Source of the DNA: Eledone cirrhosa
Lineage: Eukaryota
Length of the DNA stretch: 64,000 bases
Direction of reading: 5' to 3'
NCBI GenBank assembly: GCA_964016885.1
Contig: OZ024747.1
Coordinates: 26,226,001-26,290,000 of the forward strand
The position numbers were made by a program, and so were the translations under genes. How positions within the stretch are numbered: the first letter of the stretch is position 1; each line of letters starts with the position of its first letter. Below are positions 26,218 to 39,600 of this stretch, piece by piece. The notes under the pieces are model-generated. The model was not told the DNA's origin and ran no database searches. It saw only the letters and a list, made by a program, of their open reading frames with translations.

Positions 26218-26400
26218 GTAGATTGGCAGTATCGGTAGAAGGTCGGACGCCATGCTTTGAAGCATAGAGTTACCTCCCTTTATGATCTGAGTTCAAACCG
26301 GGGTTAACTTTGCCTTTCATCCTTATGGTGTCGATAAAATAAAGTACCAGTAATGTACTGGAATAATTGCTGGCCTTGTGCCAAAAGTAGAAACAATTAT
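26218..26400 (+). mobile_element. SINE family A
   Basis: Consensus match with small internal deletion. Confidence 0.88.
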
Positions 26401-26489
26401 TATAATCATTTGAACTCGGAGCATTACATATGAAATTTTAAATTTTCCAAAACTTCACTAAGGCAAGCGGATGTTTATACAAATACATA

Positions 26490-26532
<43 letters not shown>

Positions 26533-27113
26533 AATTGGTATATATATATATATACCAACTGGAGGTATATGATTTTTAAAGCGATGAAATACCAATGAAG
26601 GTTGGAAAATCACTGATGAAGGACTATTTTTATCATATGTATCCCATGTGCAACCACGCAGTATTCATTCTTCTCATGTTTTTTATATATATTTTCCCCA
26701 GCTGCGTTTGTCTGTTCCTCTCTTACTGCTTCCGAGGGTGTGTAGGGGAGTGGAGGAGAGACATTTAGAAAAAAAGGGGGGGGAAGGGAGGAAAAACGGT
26801 GGAAAAACGGTGGAAGGGGTACAAATAAAAAAAGTAAAAATAAAAATAAAATTAAACATGAAGATAAACAAGTGGTGGAAGGATGTGGGGCATGTAGGGG
26901 CGGTGGCGGGTGGAGTGGGGAGAGGGAGGCGGGGTGTCCGAGCGGGGAGGGCTGAAGGTGGTGTATGTGTGTAGGTGTACGTGTGTGTGTGTATGTATAT
27001 GTGAGAGTTGGGGGGAGAACGAGGTTCCATGTTCAGGAAAAGGTGTGTGTGGGGGGGGGTCGGTGTGTGTGTGTGCGCGTGTGGATGGGGAATATCTGAG
27101 TTTTTCGAATATC

Positions 27114-27300
27114 AATAATTGTTTCTACTTTTTGTCACAAGGCCAGCAATTACCCAGTGCATTACTGGTACTTTATTTTATCGACCCCGTAGGGATGAAA
27201 GGCAAAGTTAACCTCGGTGGGATTCGAACTCAGAATGGCAAGGGCCGTAACTCTATGCGTCAAAGCATGGCGTCCGACCCTCTACCAATACTGCCAATCC
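27114..27300 (-). mobile_element. SINE family A
   Basis: Reverse complement of consensus. Confidence 0.88.
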
Positions 27301-27660
27301 AACATTCGATTCGTTTGCAATTATACAAACAAGCCTCATTTTTATAGCCATGTCAGTAGAATGAACTCTTTATTCTTGCTCTTGTGTTGACATATATTTT
27401 CACTAGCTCTGACAGTTGGCAGGTGAACAGTGAGCTGTAAATTGAGGCTTATTTGTATAATTGCAAACGAATCAAATGTCATTATTAATATTCGAAAAAC
27501 ACAGATTACATTTATTGTATTCAGCCATATATAACGAAAAATTTTATATATTTTATTTATATATATATATATATTATAAAAACAAATTAAAGTTTAAGCA
27601 AAGAATCGCTGCTTTCACCCTTAACGGGATCTTGTATATATATATAAATAAATATATGTA

Positions 27661-27757
<97 letters not shown>

Positions 27758-27951
27758 ATACTTGGGGAGGTTCATATTTGTGTAATATTGCCAGAATTAA
27801 TAACAGAACACACTCACTGTTTGGTTGGTTTTCGCTTTTCGCTTCTGTGTCTTTTATATCGGTAATCTAATTTATTCGGTCCTCAATGTTGCCATTGACT
27901 GACCGACGGTCAAAAATAATACAGATACAATATAGACACAAACACATATAT

Positions 27952-28005
27952 ATAGTTTATCAAAGTTCTTTCGTTGCACATCTGCAACATCGTCAGTGGT
28001 GCTAT
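27952..28005 (-). ncRNA. Hammerhead ribozyme, inverted pseudo-LTR copy
   Basis: Reverse complement of 31488-31542. Confidence 0.8.
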
Positions 28006-28762
28006 TGTTTCCTCCCGCTGCATTGCATTTTCTACGCCATCTTTATTTAGTCTGTTTATATATTTATTTATTAGTTTATTTTATTTTGTCTTCTTTGCGC
28101 ATGCGTTTGCGTGTGTGTATAGTGTTTTGTTTGATGTGTGTTCGTGATTGGGTGACTGTGTATTGGTTAACGTATTCTATCTTTACAAGTGTGTGTTTAT
28201 ATATGTTTGTTGTTATTGTGCTTGTGTATTTATTTATTTATTTATTTATCTATTTATTTATTTATACTTCTCTTAGGTCAGTGTTGTTTGTATGGATGTT
28301 ATTGTTATTCCATTCATTCTTTCTGTTTAGCCTTGGCCTTCTAAGTTCTACTTCACTGGCCTCTCTGATTTGCCTATCTGCTGGGTCATGTCTATGTTTA
28401 GATATTATTCTAATTTCTATGTTGTCTATGTTACCGTCGTGTTGTTGTCTGGCATGTTCGTATAGTACTGAACCGTTTTTTCGTCTTTTAGTTCCCCACA
28501 GTGTCGGTCTATCCTCTCACCTATGCTACGAGCTGTCTCGCCTATGTATGTTGTTGTCATGTTTCTGCAAGTACCCTCTCTACATCTTATGCTATAGACT
28601 ACGTTTCTAGTTTTACAGTTTATCCGGGGGTTTACCTTACATATGATACATTTCCTATTAGTACAGTGGGTTTTCTTAAAAGGGTAGGTTTTGCTGATCA
28701 GGGATTTTATGGTGGGTCCTGGCTTTTCTACCACCTTAATCTTTAAGTGGGTCTTTCTCAGG

Positions 28763-31236
28763 AACAACAACAACCACCATAATAACAATAATAGCAACAC
28801 ACACAACTATGACGATAGATATAATGACAACCCCTTAGAGAAACTATTCTTCAACCCAGCTGACAAAACATATAAGATGGGTAATATCTATCCTACGAGG
28901 TTACCCGTTAATAAAAGAGTTTGCATACCACAACAAATAGATGACGAGACGGAGGCACAGTTCACCATAGCTAGAAATAAGATTAGACAAATAGTAGACC
29001 GGTATACTAAGAGACAGAGCAGACCAGAGGCCCAACAACTTGGGAGGAAACCTGTAGAAGGCTTGGTTAGCCTCAAGCAGCGCACAAGGGATGGTGAGGT
29101 AGTATGTCTACCCACGGATAAGTCTGGTAGGATGTCAATAGATAGCATGCCGAACTACATCAAGGCTATGCAACCCCACATTACCAACACGAGCGAAATG
29201 GCACAGCAAACACATGATGGGAGAGAGAAAATCCTCAACGCTCACATGATGATGTGGACCGACATCCTAAAGCCAAGCAGACGCACTGCCAACAACTTCC
29301 AGGCGTCTAACAATGGCATACCACCCTTGTATGGGCTCCGCAAAGACCACAAGACAGTCGACGACCCGACAACAGGACCACCAACAAGACCCGTATGCGG
29401 AGCAAATATAGCTAGCAACTACAGGATCTCCTACTTCCTCTCAATGGTTATACGCCCCATAATCAAGATGTCCCCAGATGTATGTGACAGTACAGAGGAC
29501 CTCCTCAGCAGAATCAGTGAGTGCAACAAAAACAGGAACCTATCCAACTGTATAATAGGCAGCATGGATGTGGTATCGCTATACCCATCCATTAACATTG
29601 ATTTTGCTGTGGAAAAATGTGTGGAGATGATCATTGAGAGTGAGGTGGAGTTCTGCGACGTCGACACAGACGAACTGGGCCTCCTACTTAGACTTACCTA
29701 CGACACTGACTACCTAGACAGCCATGACCTTAGACGTTTCTGCCCCAGTAGACCCATAAGAGGTAGATCACCCACCATAACCTCAATGGCTAAAAAGACT
29801 CCCATGGGAAGGTGGATTGGGTGGACCAAAGCTATACGGACCCCCAAAACAATGATCAGGTAAGAAAAAGAGTCGTACATGCAATAGGGGCTAGTATCAA
29901 AACTACCCTAAAGGGCCACATATTCATGTTCAAGAAGAAGATCTACACCCAAAATGAGGGAGCAGCCATTGGCGTCAGCATAGCTGGTGATGTTGCCAAC
30001 CTTTTTATAGTATGGTGGGAAAGGAGACTTAAAGATCTCCTTAATGAGAGTTCCATAGACCTCATCATGTACTCTCGTTACGTAGACGACATCAATATAG
30101 TTATAAGAACATCCCCACTAGAGAGCACTAACAAGTTTGATTTAGAACGTAGCACAATGGAAAGCATCCAGTAGATAGCTAATTCCATACACCAGAGTAT
30201 AACTGTAACTATCGACTACCCTTCCAAATGCCCTAACAATAGACTACCTGTATTAGACACGGAACTCTGGATTAACACTATAGACGAGAGAGCCCAAATT
30301 CTCCACTCACACTATGCTAAACCCATGGCCTCCAAATACCTGATACTCAAAAACTCAGCAATGTCCAGTAGTGCTAAGTTTAATATTCTGATCGCAGATT
30401 TGGTACGAGTGATGAAGAATGTGTCCCGCATGTGCGACCCAACAGAAATGGAAAGACACATCCAACACTTCATCAACCGCATGCAGTTTTCTGGCTACAA
30501 CCAAAGAGACAGAGTCAGAGTATACGAAGGAGCCATGGAGAAGTATAAGACCCTCATAGAACTGGACAGGAAAGTAATTTTCCCATTATACAGGAGCAAA
30601 TCGTGGAATAGCTTAGATAGGGCTAGACATAAGATAGGGAAAGCCACCTCATGGTACGACAACCAGAGATACCAGAGTGTCATGTTTGTGGACGCTACCC
30701 CTGGAGAGAAATTAGCTAACCAGTGTAGAAAGGCCCTGAGAAAGACCCACTTAAAGATTAAGGTGGTAGAAAAGCCAGGACCCACCATAAAATCCCTGAT
30801 CAGCAAAACCTACCCTTTTAAGAAAACCCACTGTACTAATAAGAAATGTATCATATGTAAGGTAAACCCCCGGATAAACTGTAAAACTAGAAACGTAGTC
30901 TATAGCATAAGATGTAGAGAGGGTACTTGCAGAAACATGACAACAACATACATAGGCGAGACAGCTCGTAGCATATGTGAGAGGATAGACCAACACTGGG
31001 GGGAACTAAAAGGACGAAAAAACGGTTCAGTACTATACGAACATGCCAGACAACAACACGACAGTAACATAGACAACATAGAAATTAGAATAATATCTAA
31101 ACATAGAAATGACCCAGCAGATAGGCAAATCAGAGAGGCCAGTGAAATAGAACTTAGAAGGCCAAGGCTAAACAGAAAGAATGAATGGAATAACAACAAC
31201 ACCCAAACAAACAATACTGACCTAAGAGAAGTATAA
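28763..31236 (+). pseudogene. Penelope-type RT + C-terminal GIY-YIG endonuclease polyprotein (one frameshift ~29850, in-frame TAG 30172-30174)
   Basis: PTDKSGR, PPLYGLRKDHK, PTRPV, SMDVVSLYPSI, QNEGAAIG, YSRYVDD, LPVLDTELW, HYAKP; Cys linker CTNKKCIIC; NVVYSIRC...YIGETARSICERIDQH. Confidence 0.93.
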
Positions 31237-31487
31237 ATAAATAGATAAATAAATAAATAAATACATACACAAGCACAATAACAACAAACACATATAAACA
31301 CACACTTGTAAAGATAGAATACATTAACCAATACACAGTCACCCAATCACGAACACACATCAAACAAAACACTATACACACACGCAAACGTATGCGCAAA
31401 GAAGACAAAATAAAATAAACTAATAAATAAATATACAAACAGACTAAATAAAGATGGCGTAGAAAATGCAATACAACGGGAGGAAAC

Positions 31488-31542
31488 AATAGCACCACTG
31501 ACGATGTTGCAGATGTGCAACGAAAGAACTTTGATAAACTAT
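31488..31542 (+). ncRNA. Type I hammerhead ribozyme in Penelope pseudo-LTR
   Basis: CTGACGA(31498)-T-GTTGCA-gatg-TGCAAC-GAAAG-aa-CTT; perfect 6-bp stem II; minimal stem III; interrupted stem I ca/tg + atag/ctat. Confidence 0.8.
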
Positions 31543-31831
31543 ATATATGTGTTTGTGTCTATATTGTATCTGTATTATTTTTGACCGTCGGTCAGTCAAT
31601 GGCAACATTGAGGACCGAATAAATTAGATTACCGATATAAAAGACATAGAAGCGAAAAGCGAAAACCAACCAAAGTGAGTGTGTTCTGTTATTAATTCTG
31701 GCAATATTACACAAATATGACCCTCCCCAAGTATAACAATATTTGCTTCGACACACGATTTCATATAAAAAAAACTCGCAAAACTAATATATATATATAT
31801 TGTTATACTTGGGGAGGGTCATATTGTTGTA

Positions 31832-32016
31832 ATAATTGTTTCTACTTTAGGCACAAGGCCAGCAATTACTCAGTGCATTACTGGTACTTTATTCTATCGA
31901 CCCCGTAAGGATGAAAGGCAAAGTCAACCTCGGCGGGATTTGAACTCAGAATGGAAAGGGACGTAACTATGCTGGAAAGCATGGCGTCCGACCCTCTACC
32001 GATACTGCCAATCCAC
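31832..32016 (-). mobile_element. SINE family A nested in Penelope pseudo-LTR
   Basis: Reverse complement of consensus; pseudo-LTR resumes on both sides. Confidence 0.88.
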
Positions 32017-32168
32017 ATTGCCAGAATTAATAACAGAACACACTCACTGTTTGGGTGGTTTTCGCTTCTGTATATTTTATATCAGTTAATTTATTCGGTC
32101 CTCAATGTTTACCATTGACTGACCAACGGTCAAAAATACAGATATAATATAGACACAAACACATATAT

Positions 32169-32223
32169 ATAGTCTAACAAAGTTCTTTCGTTGCACATCT
32201 GCAACATCGTCAGTGGTGCTATT
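32169..32223 (-). ncRNA. Hammerhead ribozyme, solo pseudo-LTR copy
   Basis: Core and stem II identical to the 31498 copy although flanks have diverged. Confidence 0.8.
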
Positions 32224-32667
32224 ATGTTTCCTCCTGTTGTATTGTATGTCTACGCCATCTTTATTTAATCTGTTTATTTATTTATTTATTTATTTATTTT
32301 TATCTTCTCTGCGCATGCGTTTGTGTGTGTGTATAGTTGTTGATGTTTGATGTGTATTCGCGTTTGGGTGAATGTGTTTTGGTTATTGTATTCTATCTTA
32401 GTTTACTAGTGTGTGTTTATATGTGTTTGTTGTTATTGTGCTTGTGTATAAATTTATATATATATATGTGTGTGTATATATATATATAGGATGAATACAT
32501 AAAACTGTCTCTCTTCTTTATTATAATATTGAAACTCGGTCTGATAAACCCTATAGGTAATAGCTTAAGGTATTCAAATCCTGGAGTGCTTATGTCTCTT
32601 CACACTACAGTCAGTCGATTATTTGGAAATAATATATGTATATATATATATGTGTATATATATATAT

Positions 32668-32701
<34 letters not shown>

Positions 32702-32702
32702 A

Positions 32703-32799
32703 CAGGGCGTCCCCAAGAAATGTATACATACTTTGATTACCTGTACAAGTAGAGTTTATTAGAATGCTGTTGAAGTATGTATACATTTTTTGGAGACCT
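32703..32799. mobile_element. Tc1/mariner-type MITE, second copy
   Basis: ta-cagggcgtccccaagaaatgtatacatac...gtatgtatacattttttggagac; shared core ttacctgtaca. Confidence 0.7.
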
Positions 32800-33190
32800 A
32801 CACACACACACTCTCTCTATACATACATACATACATACATACATACATACATACATACATACATACATACATACATACATACATACATACAAACTGGTCT
32901 CGGTCATCAGATTTCATGGATGCAAGTAAGGCGGGAGCATTATATGTTACTGCTTTGTATAAAGTTTCAATGAATTAATTAATTTGAGAAAATCAACAAA
33001 TTAAGGACAGAAGCATATTTAATTGGTTCATTATCGCTGTTCTGTGCATATTCTTTGCTAGCCTGGTTTACAAATGTTTGTTTTAGCATGTTGTTGTTTT
33101 TTCTCTTATTTCGACAACGCATAGGAGCGCATGCGTGAACTTCTGTATGTGAGTGTGTGTGTGTGTCAGTGTGCTTTTGTGTGTTTATGC

Positions 33191-33227
<37 letters not shown>

Positions 33228-33257
33228 CGTGTGTGTGATGTGGTGCATACACTAACA

Positions 33258-33289
<32 letters not shown>

Positions 33290-33502
33290 TCTTTCTTTCT
33301 TTCTTTCTCTTTCTCTATTCCTCTATTTCTGTTTATATTTATAGAAAATGGGTAAAGGAAAGGAGAGTGTTCTATGTATGCTACAGAGCTATTTAAATAT
33401 GTAATAAACGGCACAATACAATTATTCCATATACCAAAGGTTTCACGAAGACAGGCGAGCCCAACAGAAATCGTTTAAGGAAAAATTTTTGATAATAAAT
33501 TT

Positions 33503-33574
33503 TTCCTTCTGATGAACGATTTCAGACGTCTCTGTAGGGTTCGCCTGTCTTCGTGAAACCTTTGGTAAATGGAA
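33503..33574 (+). ncRNA. Type I hammerhead ribozyme
   Basis: TTCCTT-CTGATGA-ACGA...TCGT-GAA-ACC-ttt-GGT-A-AAtGGAA; canonical GUA cleavage triplet. Confidence 0.8.
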
Positions 33575-33616
33575 TAATTGTATTGTGTTTGTTTATTACA
33601 CACACACACACACACA

Positions 33617-33660
<44 letters not shown>

Positions 33661-33731
33661 GTCATGTACAGACAACAGGTAAATAGAGATGAGTAATTGA
33701 GAATTTGTCGGTTTTCTTTTTGTTTTTTCAG

Positions 33732-33996
33732 GTAGTTTATACATTTATGCTGTGAGTGTTTTCGTTCCGGAGAGTTGGGCTGCAACAAACCCAGCAGGTT
33801 ACTATTTACCTAGCACAGATTACATCAGCAATAACACTAAATGTCGTATAAGAGGAGTTATGATGAGCATCTATCCACCACCACACAAAGCCCATCGTTG
33901 CTCACGAAGTACTATCTATACATTTGGCTGCAAAGGTCAGTGTTATTCATACACCGAAATGAACACTAACCTCACAAAGGTCACACGATCCTGCAG
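33732..33996 (+). CDS. Coding exon 2 of bursicon/Norrin-like cystine-knot protein
   Basis: Long pyrimidine tract + cag at 33731; reads GSLYIYAVSVFVPESWAATNP...TKCRIRGVMMSIYPPPHKAHRCSRSTIYTFGCKGQCYSYTEMNTNLTKVTRSC; CxGxC knot motif; donor AG|gtaact at 33997. Confidence 0.88.
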
Positions 33997-34037
33997 GTAA
34001 CTATATCTTATGGTTATTATATATATTTATATCTTAG

Positions 34038-35692
34038 GGCGGTGAATTGGCACTATCAGTAGAGGGTCGGACGCCATGCTTTGCAGCATAGAGTTACGCC
34101 CGTTTACGATCTGAGTTCAAATCCAGCCGAGGTTAACTTTGCCTTTCATCCTTACGGGGTCGATAAAATAAAGTACCAGTAATGTATTGGGTAATTGCTG
34201 GCCTTGTGCTAAAATGTAGAAATAATTATATTATGCTATATTATCGGTGGATTGGCAGTATCGGTAGAGGGTCGGACGCCATGCTTTCCAGCATAGTTAC
34301 GTCCCTTTACGATCTGAGTTCAAATCCCGCCGAGGTTGACTTTGCCTTTCATCCTTATGGGATGGATAAAATAAAGTACCAGTAATGCACTGGGTATTTT
34401 CTGGCCTTGTGCCTAAAGTAGAAACAATTATATTATATTATATTATATTGTGTTATGTTATATTATATTATATTATATCATATATTATATTATATTATAT
34501 CATATATTATATTATATTATATTATATTATATTATATTGTGTTATGTTATATTATATTATATTATATCATATATTATATTATATTATATCATATATTATA
34601 TTATATTATATCATATATTATATTATATTATATTATATTATATTATATTATATTGTGTTATGTTATATTATATTGTATTATATTATATTATATTATATTA
34701 TATTATATTATATTATATTATATTATATTATATTATATTATATTATATTATATCATATATTATATTATATTATATTATATTATATTATATTATATTATAT
34801 TATATTATATTATATTATATTATATTATATTATATTGTATTATATTATATTATATTATATTATATTATATTATATTATATTATATTATATTATATTATAT
34901 TATATTATATTATATTATATTATATCATATATTATATTATATTATATCATATATTATATTATATTATATTATATTATATTATATTATATTATATTATATT
35001 ATATTATATTATATTATATTATATTATATTATATTATATTGGCAGTATCGGTAGAGGGTCGGATGCCATGCTTTGAGGCATAGAGTTACGGCCCTTGCCA
35101 TTCTGATTTCAAATCCCGTCGAGGTTGACTTTGCCTTTCATCCTTACGGGGTCGATAAAATAAAGTACCAGTAATGCACTGGGTATATTCTGGCCTTGTG
35201 CCTAAAGTAGAAACAATTATATTATATTGTGTTATATTATATTATATTATATTATATTATATTATATCATATTATATCATATTATATTATATTATATTAT
35301 ATTATATCATATTATATTATATTATATTATATTATATTATATTATATCATATTATATTATATTATATTATATTATATTTTATTATATTATATTATATCAT
35401 ATCATATTATATTATATTATATTATATTATATTATATCATATTATATTATATTATATTATATTATATCATATTATATTATATTATATTATATTATATTAT
35501 ATTATATCATATTATATTATATTATATTTTATTATATTATATTATATCATATTATATTATATTATATTATATTATATCATATTATATTATATTATATTAT
35601 ATTATATTATATTATATTATATTATATTATATTATATTATATTATATTATATTATATTATATTATATCATATTATATTATATTATATTATAT
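34038..35692 (+). mobile_element. Three tandem SINE A copies (34038-34229, 34246-34430, 35038-35220) with expanded (TATTA)n tails
   Basis: Consensus matches; pentamer tracts ~34430-35040 and ~35220-35692 continue from the gaaacaatta tail. Confidence 0.9.
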
Positions 35693-35699
35693 TTTCCAG

Positions 35700-35910
35700 T
35701 TGTTGTCAACCGACAGATTATGGACTTCAACAAGCGGTGATCTACTGCAGAGGCGGGGAACAAATGCGGAAGATTGTGAAATTCGCCATTAACTGCCACT
35801 GTAGACCTTGCGTAGTGAAACCAACGGTCACGCTTAAAGATCTTCGTCGTATGCTCCAGATGACCGCAAGAGATCCAAAACGGGGGATTGCAGGCAGGTT
35901 CCGCGGATGA
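35700..35910 (+). CDS. Terminal coding exon of bursicon/Norrin-like cystine-knot protein
   Basis: Acceptor ttttccag at 35699; phase 2 join AG|T=Ser gives RSCSCCQPTDYGLQQAVIYCRGGEQMRKIVKFAINCHCRPC...KRGIAGRFRG*; CxCC and CxCxxC complete an 11-Cys pattern. Confidence 0.88.
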
Positions 35911-36689
35911 TCATTGGACAATGTAGATATGTACATCCTTCTAGATACAGACACACTAACAGACATGCGCAGAGACAACCCATATAGATAAATGTCCCAT
36001 AACCAAATGTTCGCTCACGTACTGGCGCACACATAATCCCTACACACATACATAATCATGCCCACGCACGCACACACACATCCACACACACACGTACACA
36101 TGCACACAAACACACACGCACACACGCGTATATATACATATATATAGGTATATGCATACATACATAAACACACACACAGACATACATATACATACATACA
36201 TACAAACATATATATATATATATATATTGATATATATATATATATATATGCTAACACAGCATAATTACGTACGAAATGCACCCTTACTAACGCACACTGG
36301 CAAGAACCTAGCCAAGAATATACGCACACGTACAAATTCTCACATAAACACAGAGGAAATCACACTAGATATGCAGTATGACCAGGTAGTCTAATGGAGC
36401 ACATACACAATAGCAGTAACAGTAACAACAATTACAATAGCTATAACACCTGGATAAAAACTCCGACCATAATTGCAACAGTAAGAATAAGAGATTATAA
36501 CATGTCCGCCGCCACAACCTCTAGCACTATTAGCAATAACGATATGTAGATCAATAAATAACAGAGATATCACTACGGCCAACAATAACGATATGTTAAT
36601 AGCAGATAGCAAATTTCATGTATTAAGGAAACAATAGTATCATCATAGATTAGTCAATGTAACAAACAACGATGCTAGTAACTACAAAT

Positions 36690-39600
36690 ATAACAACAAC
36701 TACTATTACAACTATAACAACTAGTATTACAACTACAACAACTAGTATTACAACTACAACAACAACTACTATTACAACTATAACAACAACTACTATTACA
36801 ACTATAACAACAACTACTATTACAACTATAACAACAACTAGTATTACAATTACAACAACAAGTACTATTACAACTACAACAACAACTAGTATTACAACTA
36901 CAACAACAACTAGTATTACAACTACAACAACTACTATTACAACTACAACAACAACTAGTATTACAACTACAACAACAACTAGTATTACAACTACAACAAC
37001 AACTAGTATTACAACTATAACAACAACTAGTATTACAACTATAACAACAACTAGTATTACAACTACAACAACAACTAGTATTACAACTATAACAACAACT
37101 ACTATTACAACTACAACAACAACTACTATTACAACTACAACAACAACTAGTATTACAACTACAACAACAACTACTATTACAACTACAACAACAACTACTA
37201 TTACAACTACAACAACAACTAGTATTACAACTACAACAACAACTACTATTACAACTATAACAACAACTACTATTACAACTACAACAACAACTAGTATTAC
37301 AACTACAACAACAACTAGTATTACAACTACAACAACAACTAGTATTACAACTACAACAACAACTAGTATTACAACTATAACAACAACTAGTATTACAACT
37401 ACAACAACAACTAGTATTACAACTACAACAACAACTAGTATTACAACTACAACAACAACTAGTATTACAACTACAACAACAACTACTATTACAACTACAA
37501 CAACAACTAGTATTACAACTATAACAACAACTAGTATTACAACTACAACAACTACTATTACAACTATAACAACAATAGTATTACAACTACAACAACAACT
37601 AGTATTACAACTACAACAACAACTAGTATTACAACTACAACAACAATTAGTATTACAACTACAACAACAACTAGTATTACAACTATAACAACAACTAGTA
37701 TTACAACTACAACAACAACTAGTATTACAACTACAACAACAACTACTATTACAACTACAACAACAACTAGTATTACAACTATAACAACAACTAGTATTAC
37801 AACTATAACAACAACTAGTATTACAACTGCAACAACAACTAGTATTACAACTACAACAACAACTACTATTACAACTATAACAACAACTAGTATTACAACT
37901 ACAACAACATCTAGTATTACAACTACAACAACAACTAGTATTACAACTACAACAACAACTAGTATTACAACTACAACAACAACTAGTATTACAACTACAA
38001 CAACAACTAGTATTACAACTACAACAACAACTACTATTACAACTACAACAACAACTAGTATTACAACTACAACAACAACTAGTATTACAACTACAACAAC
38101 AACTACTATTACAACTACAACAACAACTACTATTACAACTACAACAACAAATAGTACTACAACTAAAACAACAACTACTATTACAACTACAACAACAACT
38201 ACTATTACAACTACAACAACAACTAGTATTACAACTACAACAACAACTAGTATTACAACTATAACAACAACTACTATTACAACTACAACAGCAACTAGTA
38301 TTACAACTACAACAACAACTAGTATTACAACTACAACAACAACTACAACTACAACTACAACAACAACTAGTATTACAACTACAACAACAACTACTATTAC
38401 AACTACAACAACAACTAGTATTACAACTACAACAGCAACTAGTATTACAACTACAACAACAACTAGTATTACAATTACAACAACAAGTACTATTACAACT
38501 ACAACAACAACTAGTATTACAACTACAACAACAACTAGTATTACAACTACAACAACAACTACTATTACAACTACAACAACAACTAGTATTACAACTACAA
38601 CAACAACTAGTATTACAACTACAACAACAACTAGTATTACAACTACAACAACAACTAGTATTACAACTATAACAACAACTAGTATTACAACTATAACAAC
38701 AACTAGTATTACAACTACAACAACAACTAGTATTACAACTATAACAACAACTACTATTACAACTACAACAACAACTACTATTACAACTACAACAACAACT
38801 AGTATTACAACTACAACAACAACTACTATTACAACTACAACAACAACTACTATTACAACTACAACAACAACTAGTATTACAACTACAACAACAACTAGTA
38901 TTACAACTACAACAACAACTAGTATTACAACTACAACAACAACTAGTATTACAACTATAACAACAACTAGTATTACAACTACAACAACAACTAGTATTAC
39001 AACTACAACAACAACTACTATTACAACTACAACAACAACTACTATTACAACTACAACAACAACTAGTATTACAACTACAACAACAACTACTATTACAACT
39101 ATAACAACAACTACTATTACAACTACAACAACAACTAGTATTACAACTACAACAACAACTAGTATTACAACTACAACAACAACTAGTATTACAACTACAA
39201 CAACAACTAGTATTACAACTATAACAACAACTAGTATTACAACTACAACAACAACTAGTATTACAACTACAACAACAACTAGTATTACAACTACAACAAC
39301 AACTAGTATTACAACTACAAAAACAACTACTATTACAACTACAACAACAACTAGTATTACAACTACAACAACAACTAGTATTACAACTACAACAACAACT
39401 ACTATTACAACTACAACAACAACTAGTATTACAACTACAACAACAACTAGTATTACAACTACAACAACAACTAGTATTACAACTACAACAACAACTACTA
39501 TTACAACTACAACAACAACTAGTATTACAACTACAACAACAACTAGTATTACAACTACAACAACAACTAGTATTACAACTACAACAACAACTACTATTAC

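Larger units (their letters stand above)
27750..31742 (+). mobile_element. Penelope-like retroelement (EN+), 5'-truncated with ~1 kb inverted copy of its 3' end
   Basis: 27750-28762 is the reverse complement of 30735-31742; RT and GIY-YIG motifs lie between; left end abuts (TA)n. Confidence 0.95.
31798..32452 (-). mobile_element. Diverged solo pseudo-LTR of the same Penelope family, split by a SINE
   Basis: 31798-31831 and 32017-32452 match 27750-28230 in the same orientation; SINE at 31832-32016 interrupts tgtaat|attgccagaatt. Confidence 0.88.

Noticed and set aside
26613-26630. ctgatgaaggacta hammerhead start
   Set aside because: No stem II partner or GAAA follows; at most a remnant.
27996-28746. 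Hydrophobic ORFs resembling membrane proteins (also 30900-31498 minus)
   Set aside because: Antisense of the Penelope endonuclease and pseudo-LTR.
28691-28762. Apparent start of the 390-aa RT ORF
   Set aside because: First ~24 codons come from the inverted arm; the true N-terminus is truncated.
30172-30174. Possible recoded stop in Penelope RT
   Set aside because: It is TAG, not TGA, and accompanies a frameshift; simple decay is more likely.
34385-35699. YYIIL-repeat ORFs
   Set aside because: (TATTA)n SINE tails; only 35700-35910 of ORF 35227-35910 is a real exon.
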